Below the pieces are notes generated by a model. The model saw only the letters and a program-made list of their open reading frames with translations. It was not told where the DNA came from and did no database searches. This document shows positions 12,101-22,760 of a stretch of DNA of 64,000 nucleotides, in pieces; positions within the stretch are counted from its first letter, which is position 1; the number at the start of each line of letters is the position of its first letter. The DNA comes from Macrostomum lignano (taxonomy: Eukaryota): positions 310,001 to 374,000 of the forward strand of contig NIVC01000890.1 in the NCBI GenBank assembly GCA_002269645.1, written 5' to 3'. The position numbers were made by a program, and so were the translations under genes.

Positions 12101-15100
12101 TTTGGCGCCATTTCCCCCTCAAGACATTTGCCGCCAACTCCCCCAAAGATTTGGCGCCATAGCCCCCTCCAGATATTTGGCGCCATCGCCCATCCCAAGA
12201 CATTTGGCGCCATTTCCCCCTCAAGACATTTGCCGCCAACTCCAAAGATTTGGCGCCATAGCCTCCCTCCAGATATTTGGCGCCATTTTCCCCCTCAAGA
12301 CATTTGCCGCCAATTCCCCCAAAGATTTGGCGCCATCGCCCATCCCAAGACATTTGGCGCCATTTCCCCTCAAGACATTTGCCGCCAACTCCCCTAAGAT
12401 TTGGCGCCATCGCCCCCCTCCAGATATTTGGCGCCATCGCCCATCCCAAGACATTTGGCGCCATTTCCCCCTCAAGACATTTGCCGCCAACTCCCCCAGA
12501 TATTTGGCGCCATCGCCCCCCTCCAGATATTTGGCGCCATCGCCCATCCCAAGACATTTGGCGCCATTTCCCCTCAAGACATTTGCCGCCAACTCCCCCT
12601 AAGATTTGGCGCCATCGCCCCCCTCCAGATATTTAGCGCCATTTCCCCCCTCAAGACATTTGCCGCCAACTCCCCAAAGATCGTCGATTTGGCGTCATTG
12701 CCCCACCCCAAAAGTTTGGCGCCATCACCCCCAGACCAGATTCAAGAAATTTGGCGCCACCAACCTTTTCAGAGCCAGTCGATGCGGCAGCATCAGAACG
12801 GCGACGCCTTCAAGAACTTCGTCAGGGCCGGCGCAGACCCCGGTGCGTCGGCCAGTGCAGTAGCGACAGACGCCCCACAGACAGAGCCGGTTGTCGCTCA
12901 GGCGACGATAGAAAGTCTCTCTGAGGCGAGGCGTGGCCGCCAGCGACGCTGCGGTCAGGTTTAGCAGCCGAGGCGACGCCACGGGACCGCGGTGGAAGCC
13001 CAGAAGGCGGCCAAGGTGGTAGCCAACGACCTCGGCATTGTCTCTGCAGGGGGGCGGGCGGGCTTTGAGGGTGACCTGACGATCCTGAACGTAACCTGAC
13101 AATCCTGAGGGCAACCTGAAGATTCTGAGGGTAAACTGAAGATCCTGAGGGCAACCTGAAGATCCTGAGGGTAAACTGAAGATCCTGAGGGCAACCTGAA
13201 GATCCTGAGGGTAAACTGAAGATCCTGAGGGTAAACTGAAGATCCTGAGGGTAACCTGACGATCCTGAAGGGTAACCTGACAATATTGAGGGTAACCTGA
13301 CAATTCTGAGGGTAATCTGACAGTTCTGAGGGTAACCTGAAAATTATGGGGTAACCTGACAATATTGAGGGTAACCTGACAATTCTGAGGGTAATCTGAC
13401 AGTTCTGAGGGTAACCTGACAATTCTGAGGGTAACCTGACAATTCTGAGGGTAATCTGACAGTTCTGAGGGTAACCTGACAATTCTGAGGTAACCTGACA
13501 ATTCTGAGGGTAACCTGACAATTCTGAGGGTAACCTGACAATTCTGAGGGTAACCTGACAATTCTGAGGGTAACCTGACAATTCTGAGGGTAACCTGACA
13601 GTTCTGAGGGTAACCTGACAATTCTGAGGGTAACCTGACAATTCTGAGGTAACCTGACAATTCTGAGGGTAACCTGACAATTCTGAGGGTAACCTGACAA
13701 TTCTGAGAGTAACCTGACAATTCTGAGGGTAACCTGACAATTCTGAGGGTAACCTGACAGTTCTGAGGGTAACCTGACGATTTTAATGGAATCTGAGTGT
13801 CATATGTAAGTCTAAGAAGTCAGCAGGGTGTCTAGACCTCAAAAACAACTAAGAATCCAAAGACTTTTAGGACACAAACATTGCTTAGAATTCAATAAGG
13901 TGTCAGATCTCAACCCAAGCTCAAGACAATGATGATGCCAGCTCTAGAAAAAGCACCCCTTTATCACGCACCTGTCCCTGCCGGCCACAACGCTCCCAGT
14001 CATCACCCGATCGCGGTCGTAGACGCGTGGCTTAAAAACCACAGATGCGCCACCGGTTCCAGCATCCAGTTGGAGTAGCAGCTTCATCTGACTGCCAGCT
14101 GGAAACTCTGAGACCAACGAGACGGCAGCTTGGCCTGTCAGCCGTTCCAGCTGAGATAGAATTCGCTGACTGGCGTTGCTAGGCAACAAGCGACGCTCTT
14201 TGTTGTTAGCGGCGAACGAACTCTGGGAAAACTGGGGTGTTCCAGTTTATGGGTGAGACTACTGTAGCTTAATTAAGTGGCGCCAAGGAGAGTCTTCTAG
14301 TGGCGCCAATTTGAGTCTTCTAGTGGCGCCAAGTTGAGTCCTCTAGTGGCGCCAAGGTGAGTCCTATAGTGGCGCTAAGTTGGGTCTTATAGTGACGCCA
14401 AAGTTTCTTAAAGTGGCGTCAAGTTGAGTCTTATAGTGGCGCCAAAGTTTCTTATAGTGGCGCCAAGTTGAGTCATCTAATGGCGCCAAAGTTTCTTAAA
14501 GTGGCGCTAAGTTGAGTATTCTAGTGGCGCCAAGGTGAGTCCTATAGTGGCGATAAGGTAGGTCTTACAGTGGCGCCAAGTTGTGTCTTATATTGGCGCC
14601 AAAGTTTCTTTAAGTGGCGCTAAGGTGAGCCTTATAGTGACGCCAAGTTGAGTCTTCTAGTCGCGCTAAGGTGGGTCTTATAGTGGCGCCAAGTTGTGTC
14701 TTATAGTGGCGCCAAAGTTTCTTAAAGTGGCGCCAATGTGAGTCTTATAGTGGCGCCAAGGTGGGTCTTATAGTGGCGCCAAGTTGAGTCATCTAGTGGC
14801 GCCAAAGTTTCCTAAAGTGGCGCTAAGTTGAGTCTTCTAGTGGCGCCAAGGTGAGTCCTATAGTGGCGCTAAGGTAGGTCTTACAGTGGCGCCAAGTTGT
14901 GTCTTATAGTGACGCCAAAGTTTCCTAAAGTGGCGCCAAGTTGAGTCATCTAGTGGCGCCAAAGTTTCCTAAAGTGGCGCTAAGTTGAGTATTCTAGTGG
15001 CGCCAAGGTGAGTCCTATAGTGGCGATAAGGTAGGTCTTACAGTGGCGCCAAGTTGTGTCTTATATTGGCGCCAAAGTTTCTTTAAGTGGCGCTAAGGTG

Positions 15101-16389
15101 AGCCTTATAGTGACGCCAAGTTGAGTCTTCTAGTGGCGCCAAGGTGGGTCTTATAGTGGCGCCAAAGTTTCTTAGTGGCGCCAAGGTGAGTCTTATAGTG
15201 GCGCCAAGGTGGGTCTTATAGTGGCGCCAAAGTTTCTTAAAGTGGCGCTAAGTTGAGTCTTCTAGTGGCGCCAAGGTGAGTCCTATAGTGGCGCTAAGGT
15301 AGGTCTTACAGTGGCGCCAAGTTGTGTCTTATAGTGGCGCCAAAGTTTCTTTAAGTGGCGCCAAGGTGGGTCTTCAAGTGGCACTAAAGTGTCTTATAGT
15401 GGCGTCCAGGTGAGACTTACGGAGGGTTGAATTATGATAGGAACCATTTCTTTGAAAAATCCTTGAAGGCCGACCAATTAGGCGTCCTAATTTAGTCGTC
15501 ATTGCAGTCAATATAGATAGGCGCTCTGATGTGCCAGCGGCCCAGGCTCGATTCCAATTTGCAGTCACATTAATTTGGGCTAAATTGGAATCTCGGCTTG
15601 GCTCTGCTCGTGCAATTAACGACTAGTTTGAGGGCCAACCCCAAGACACAGTGAAGTGTACATGCCTAACGATAAATAAAGTTAAAGCCTCTGTACACTT
15701 CTGTGTGAGTGTGTGCCTGTGCGTATGACTGCGTACGTATCCGCGCGCTTGTGTGCCTGCTCAGGGGAGTCGGCGGAATGGGCAGTAATGCCTCTCGCTG
15801 GTTGTGTGACAATGTCGCTTATTAAAGTGCACCAGGGTGCGCTCATACACACGCTCATACAGCATGTACAGCAGCCCAAACTTTCTAATCGTCAGGCAAG
15901 AGTCAGACTCATTTACCATGCAAAGTGAGACCTCACCATAGCAACATAGCTATCGTGCAGTCCAGCCTCCAGAGCAAATCCTTTATTAAAGTTACTACTA
16001 TTAGTAGTAGTAGCGTAGAGCTCCGCAGGCGGCCAGCCGGCATCCAGCAGATCCCGGATGCGCAGCTCCTGGTCGCTGTTAGCCGGCCGGAAATCCGGCA
16101 GCCCCTCGTGGCCCCGGTGCTCATACAACCGATTGGACTGCAGTCGCCAAGCAATATGAGCAGACTGGCCTAGACTATGCGATTCGCGATCGTGCTTAGC
16201 AACTAAACTGGCGTCGTTAGCAACCGAGGCGGGCAGTTGACTCAAGTTGAGCACAGTCAGACAGGCGAAGACCAATAGCGCGGCCAATGCGTAAGCCAAT
16301 AAGCGGCGATTGAAGCCGGAGATGCGGCGTCTCGGAGGCTGGAGATGTCGAAGATGACAGATAACTGTTTGAGGAAACCGAGCTCCAAG
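9113..16389 (-). CDS. FAM20B: FAM20B-type glycosaminoglycan xylosylkinase (Golgi secretory-pathway kinase); exons 16389-15937, 14222-13972, 13043-12765, 11734-11398, 9316-9113
   Basis: All four junctions are GT-AG with consistent phases (0,2,2,0). Motifs GSQMKLLL, VVFKPR, AGRDR-DNAE, CRYC, RHRHPW, catalytic NADRH, LDNGK, SILAPLQQCC and ALDRRL; N-terminal type II TM segment RRLLAYALAALLVFACLTVL. No in-frame ATG in the first exon (see findings). Confidence 0.9.
9353..11310. repeat. 25-28-bp minisatellite (AGACTGGATAATCTACCTGTCCACTACT), about 70 copies, filling FAM20B intron 4
   Basis: Direct tandem units. Confidence 0.97.
11830..12760. repeat. Complex minisatellite built on a TTTGGCGCCAT core, filling FAM20B intron 3
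   Basis: Dozens of GGCGCC-core units with a higher-order period of about 100 bp. Confidence 0.93.
13067..13780. repeat. 20-bp minisatellite (GAGGGTAACCTGACAATTCT), about 35 copies, FAM20B intron 2
   Basis: Direct tandem units. Confidence 0.95.
14275..15410. repeat. 22-23-bp minisatellite (TAGTGGCGCCAAGTTGAGTCTTC), FAM20B intron 1
   Basis: Direct tandem units with repeated higher-order blocks. Confidence 0.95.
15500..15877 (+). mobile_element. tRNA-derived SINE, copy 2
   Basis: B-box GGCTCGATTCC at 15545-15555. Reverse-complement homolog of 7013-7404. Confidence 0.75.
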
Positions 16390-17190
16390 CTGTAAAATCT
16401 GAGCTACTTTAACCTAGAAAAGTAAACTAGAGTAGTTTTTTACGAGCGTAATTAATTTATCAGGTAGCTACAATGGACACAATTTTTTAATAAACAGATA
16501 CGAGGGGCCAGAAGACTTTATGGACCTCCTCTGGATAGCTCCCTTTTGCCATTACAAAGAATGGCACTAAGATTTCGAGATAGGAAAAAGCTTGACTTAG
16601 TCATTTGAAGGTCAACTACTTGCTTATTGAAGTTTGACATAACTAACCGATGCCAATTTAGCTTAACTTGCAGGTGCTAAGGGGAGCGGCTAATGCGCTT
16701 CAGACCCACTAAACAATAACCATTCTTTAGTGTTACATAGTTCAGAACTAAGTACGTATAAACAATTGAATTTTAGAAGTTGTTATTAAAACTACCAACA
16801 AATTGGCGGCTAGTGGGCTGGTGATGATAACGGAAAAACAAACAAGGAAATCTTTCGACAAGCACTCGACATTCCCAATGTCATCGCCCACGGTTGCTAA
16901 CCCGGTTGTGCTTGGATATTATCGGAATAGAAATCTAAACAAATCACTTGATTATAGAAACTGCCACTTAGCCTAATAACATTTGACACTCCAACCTGCA
17001 CCTTCCCTATATTCTAGACCTAGACAGAGAGTGAATGGGAGGGGTGTAGGATTCAGGGTATATCTGATGGTTAATCAGACATTGCATCTGTCATCGTAGA
17101 CTATAGCCTACATCAAGACATCCGGGAAGTTCTTGCGCTTACGAATTATAATTCAGACATAGGCCTATCTGTAATATCTGCTATGTTCAA

Positions 17191-17481
17191 GCGACATTGT
17201 CACACAACCGGCGAGAGGCATTCCTGCCCACTCTGCCGACTCCCCTGAGCAGGCACACAAGCGCGCGGATACGTACGCAGTCATACGCACAGGCACACAC
17301 TCACAGGAGTGCACAGCGGTCCTAACTTTATTTATCGTTAGGCACGTACACTTCACTGCGCCTTGGGGGTTGGCCCTCAAGACTGTTAATTGCACGAGAA
17401 GAGCCAAGCCGAGATTCCAATTTAGCCCGAAATTAATGTGACTGCACTTGGAATCGAGCCTGGGATGCTGGCACATCAGAG
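17191..17481 (-). mobile_element. tRNA-derived SINE, copy 3 (truncated at both ends)
   Basis: Near-identical to the interior of copy 1. Confidence 0.75.
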
Positions 17482-17921
17482 ACTACGCCCCCATCGACAT
17501 GTCTACCCTACCCTTGATCTACCCTAACCTAGACACACACTATTGATACAAACAACCCAGCTGAAATTTCATGCTCTGAATGTTCAACTAGAAATCAGAT
17601 ACTTACAATAAATACATCTAAATAAGGAGCTGTTGCGAAGCCTAAAAATGACTAATAATTAAAATTGTAAAACAAAGACAAGAAAAAAGTCAGACTGCTA
17701 TGCAATAATTAGTTTTTTTGTTTCCAAAATTTTGCTTAACACACGAGCCAGAGCCATTGAGTTGTTAGTTTTCTTTTATTTGGAGTTGTTGGAGAACAAC
17801 AAACCAGAAAAACAGGATTTATGGAATTGTTATTTAGAACGGGCTCCTTCAGACTTATTGCACAAGGTCAGATCACGAAGCTCTTGTCCTCCATAGTTAG
17901 CTGACCCGGTTAGCTCAGCCT

Positions 17922-19988
17922 TCAGAACACCATAGCATGCGGCCGCTGCCCAGACTTGATGCTGAACAAAGATCGCAGATAAGAGCGCAGCATCGGGCCA
18001 TCACCGCTGGCCTTGATCGCGCCCATCAGCGCCTTGTCAACGGCTGCCTGATCTTCCCGACGCTCAGCCGACACAGCGTAGGCGGCGTCCGACTTGGCAA
18101 AGATGTCGGCGCTGCCGCCAGCCGAGGCGGCCGACTTCTTAGCCGAACGCTGGCGACGGAAATAGGCGTCGTTAAGTCGCTCGGGCAGAGCGACCTTGCT
18201 GATGTCGATGCGAGTTTTAGTGCCGATTACGTAGCGTTGACTGACGCGGCGGAGAGGGCAGCCGTTAAGCTTGCGGGGTCCCGTGACCAGCAGCAGGCCG
18301 CTCTCGAGCTGCTTGAGCAGCACAACGCGCTTGCCCTTGTGCCGGCCAGCTAGCAGGATTAGGACGGCGCCAGGCGCCAGGTTGGAGCGAATACGGCGCA
18401 CGTGTTTCTTGAAGGTCTTCTTCGGGCGTAGCTGAACCTTGCGGCTGGCCACCTGAGTGGGCAGCGACTTCGGCTGCAAATCAGTGGGGGCGACAGGATT
18501 TGTGTTTGGGGTGAGAGGATTAGTGTTTGGGGTGAGAGGATTAGTGTTTGGGGTGAGAGGATTAGTCTTTGGGGTGAGAGGATTAGTGTTTGGGGTAACA
18601 GGATTAGTGCTTGGGGTTAGAGGATTACTGTTTGGGGTGAGAGGATTAGTCTTTGGTGTAACAGGATTAGTGTTTAAATGACAGGATTAGTTTTTGGGGT
18701 GAGAGGATTAGTGTTTGGGGTGAGAGGATTAGTGTTTGGGGTGAGAGGATTAGTCTTTGGTGTAACAGGATTAGTGTTTAAATGACAGGATTAGTTTTTG
18801 GGGTGAGAGGATTAGTGTTTGGGGTGAGAGGATTAGTCTTTGGTGTAACAGGATTAGTGTTTAAATGACAGGATTAGTTTTTGGGGTGAGAGGATTAGTG
18901 TTTGAGGTGAGAGGATTACTGTTTGGGGTGAGAGGATTAGTCTTTGGTGTAACAGGATTAGTGTTTAAATGACAGGATTAGTTTTTGGGGTGAGAGGATT
19001 AGTGTTTGGGGTGAGAGGATTAGTGTTTGGGGTGAGAGGATTAGTCTTTGGTGTAACAGGATTAGTGTTTAAATGACAGGATTAGTTTTTGGGGTGAGAG
19101 GATTAGTGTTTGAGGTGAGAGGATTACTGTTTGGGGTGAGAGGATTAGTCTTTGGTGTAACAGGATTAGTGTTTAAATGACAGGATTAGTTTTTGGGGTG
19201 AGAGGATTAGTGTTTGGGGTGAGAGGATTAGTCTTTGGTGTAACAGGATTAGTGTTTAAATGACAGGATTAGTTTTTGGGGTGAGAGGATTAGTGTTTGA
19301 GGTGAGAGGATTACTGTTTGGGGTGTGAGGATTAGTCTTTGGGGTAACAGGATTAGTGTTTAAATGACAGGATTAGTTTTTGGGGTGAGAGGATTAGTGT
19401 TTGGGGTGAGAGGATTAGTCTTTGGTGTAACAGGATTAGTTTTTGGGGTGAGAGGATTAGTGTTTGAGGTGAGAGGATTACTGTTTGGGGTGTGAGGATT
19501 AATCTTTGGGGTAACAGGATTAGTGTTTAAATGACAGGATTAGTTTTTGGGGTGAGAGGATTAGAGTCTGGGCGAGAGGATTAGTGTTTGGGGTGCAGGA
19601 TTAGTGTTTGGGGTGAGAGGATTAGAGTCTGGGGTGACAGAATTAGTCTTTAAGGGGACAAGCAGGGTGCCTGGCTTACGAGTAGAGGGGCTTAGGGTTG
19701 CTAAAAACTCTCATACTTCCCACTGCAGCCTGCAGTTCACACATACAAAGTACTCACCGTCTTCTTGTACACCTTCCTCTCTCCGCCATTCTTATCGCCG
19801 CCAATTTTCTTAACAACAAAAGCGGCGGCAGCGGCGGCTTTCTCGGCCGATTTCTTGGCCGGAGTCTTAACCTTCTTAACCTTGTAGGCGGCCTTGCGTT
19901 GGAAAATTCTGGCCCGAGAATATTTCATCAGCCTACTGGCGTTAATAGCCGAGTTCTTGGGCTTGTGGGGAGCGCTGCTCTTGGCCAT
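17922..19988 (-). CDS. RPL6: 60S ribosomal protein eL6; exons 19988-19758 and 18473-17922
   Basis: ILLAGRHKGKRVVLLKQLESGLLLVTGP and NGCPLRRVSQRYVIGT are eL6 hallmarks. Donor ACG|GTGAGT and acceptor TTTGCAG|CCG are both phase 0. Confidence 0.96.
18500..19640. repeat. 21-bp minisatellite (GGGTGAGAGGATTAGTGTTTG) filling the RPL6 intron
   Basis: Direct tandem units with higher-order variants. Confidence 0.95.
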
Positions 19989-21134
19989 TTGCTGCAATGT
20001 AGCATGGGTTAAACAGGTTTAGAAAATTAATTTTCGAATGCGTTACAGAGAGAAACTAAGATTTATAGCAAATATATAAGCGGAGGAAATAACCTCATAC
20101 AATAAGTGCAAAACAGCGAGTGTCACGAAAAAATGTTTGTTGCATGTAGCACAGGTAAAATAGGTAAGAAGTTACTTCAGACCAGGGATCCGGGATCGAC
20201 AAAGAAAGGAAGAGAAGAGAAAAGGGATAGAATAGATGAGAGAAGAGAGGGGAGGCGGGAAAGAGGAGAGAAGAGACGAGAGGGAGGGGAGAAAAGAGAG
20301 AGAAGGGAGAACAGAGAAAAATTAAAAAAAGGACATAAACCTTGAGCGGGCAGTTTCAAAGGACCGAGGGCCGGTTACGGTTAGAGAGGCTTATGCCCGC
20401 GGGCCGACCCCTGCTCTAGGTGACAAAATATCACGGCACAAGTGCTGTAGAGCCACTGAGTTGCATCTAAAGCGCAATTGCGTCACTTTATAAATCAGAA
20501 TCGCATTCTGCGTTTATAAAACAACGATATTTTGTCTACTCAAGTTCTCGTATTACGAGTAGAAAGTTAAGCGCTAAAACATCGACTCTTGGGACGACTT
20601 CTTTTTGCGACTCTTTAAGATTCTACAGCTCGCGTGATGCGCTTTGTGACTTTGAGTTTACAGTAAACACCAGTAAGTTTAAGGACAGCTGTTTTCCATT
20701 AATAAATAAACATTTGCTTAGACAAACAGTTTTTTCGTGCAAGAAAGAGAATGAATAGTTAATAGGTGTGTAAGCGTAAGGAAATTTATATTAGGTTAGC
20801 AATCCAAATAGCCAAGGAAGAACAACGTGAACTATAAAATGGATTGTGCAAGGAAGATAAGGAAAATAATTTTATCTAGATCAAATTCACGTACTTTGCC
20901 TTGCGGCTTTTTCTGCGCTTTAGGAGCCATTGGCGTATTTTACTAAACTGTATGTCTCAAACTTTACTCAATATAATATTATTATGGAAAATTATTGCAA
21001 GCTACTGCAAGTAGCAAGATGAGGGCACTGGCTGAAATACAAAAAATGCACCGAGTTTCTTATCAATCATTTGAACGCCAGCATAAAATGCTGATTAAAC
21101 TGATATAAATATATTATAAGCTGATTAACTGACA

Positions 21135-22495
21135 CTCTGGGAGGCTGGCCCAGCAACTGAGGATCCGGAAGGCTGCCCCAGCCACTGAGGATCTGGGGGG
21201 AGGCTGGCCCAGCAACTGAGGATCTGAGAGGCTGCCCCAGCAACTGAGGATCTGGGAGGCTGGCCCAGCAACTGAGGATCTGGAAGGCTGGTGCCCAGCA
21301 ACTGAGGATCTGGAAGGCTGGTGCCCAGCAACTGAGGATCTGGAAGGCTGGTGCCCAGCAACTGAGGATCTGGGAGGCTGGTGCCCAGCAACTGAGGATC
21401 TGGGAGGCTGGGCCAGCAAATGAGGATCTGGGAGGCTGGGCCAGCAACTGAGAATCTGGGAGGCTGGGCCAGCAAATGAGGATCTGGGAGGCTGGGCCAG
21501 CAACTGAGGATCTGGGAGGCTGGCCCAGCAACTGAGGATCAGGGTGGCTGGCCCAGCAACCGAGGATCTGGGAGGCTGGCCCAGCAACTGAGGATCAGGG
21601 TGGCTGGCCCAGCAACTGAGGATCTGGGAGGCTGGGCCAGCAAATGAGGATCTGGGAGGCTGGGCCAGCAACTGAGGATTTGGAAGGCTGCCCCAGCCAC
21701 TGAGGATCTGGGAGGCTGGCCCAGCAACCGAGGATCTGGAAGGCTGGCCCAGCAACCGAGGATCTGGGAGGCTGGGCCAGCAACTGAGGATCTGGGAGGC
21801 TGGCCCAGCAACCGAGGATCTGGGAGGCTGGGCCAGCAAATGAGGATCTGGGAGGCTGGCCCAGCAACTGAGGATCTGGGAGGCTGGCCCAGCAAATGAG
21901 GATCTGGGAGGCTGGTCCAGCAAATGAGGATCTGGGAGGCTGGCCCAGCAACCGAGGATCTGGGAGGCTGGCCCAGCAACTGAGGATCAGGGTGGCTGGC
22001 CCAGCAACTGAGGATCTGGGAGGCTGGGCCAGCAAATGAGGATCTGGGAGGCTGGGCCAGCAACTGAGGATTTGGAAGGCTGCCCCAGCCACTGAGGATC
22101 TGGGAGGCTGGCCCAGCAACCGAGGATCTGGAAGGCTGGCCCAGCAACCGAGGATCTGGGAGGCTGGGCCAGCAACTGAGGATCTGGGAGGCTGGCCCAG
22201 CAACCGAGGATCTGGAAGGCTGGCCCAGCAACCGAGGATCTGGGAGGCTGGGCCAGCAACTGAGGATCTGGGAGGCTGGCCCAGCAACCGAGGATCTGGG
22301 AGGCTGGGCCAGCAAATGAGGATCTGGGAGGCTGGCCCAGCAACTGAGGATCTGGGAGGCTGGCCCAGCAAATGAGGATCTGGGAGGCTGGTCCAGCAAA
22401 TGAGGATCTGGGAGGCTGGCCCAGCAACTGAGGATCTGGGAGGCTGGCCCAGCAAATGAGGATCTGGGAGGCTGGTCCAGCAACTGAGGATCTGA
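21135..22495. repeat. 28-bp minisatellite (CTGAGGATCTGGGAGGCTGGCCCAGCAA) downstream of MRPL45
   Basis: Direct tandem units, including a duplicated block of about 390 bp. Confidence 0.95.
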
Positions 22496-22760
22496 GAGTT
22501 ATTTACAATAAACTTACGATAAGAAATAAAATTATAAATAAAAAGGAATACGGAAAATCATTTTGTTAACAGATATTAATAGCAAGGCAAATTTCGGTTT
22601 ACTTTCTGAAAATTTAAGCTACGCCAATAACATTACTTCAATACTAATTGATATCATATTCGATATAGATACTAAAAGCATTAAATTGAAATAGGATTTT
22701 CAGATTTAAAGTCGAATATTTTAAACAAACAAAAAACAACTGCACCAAATCGATTGCATA

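Noticed and set aside
8593-13740. Many 100-330 aa repetitive ORFs
   Set aside because: They lie in intronic arrays; only the embedded FAM20B exons are real.
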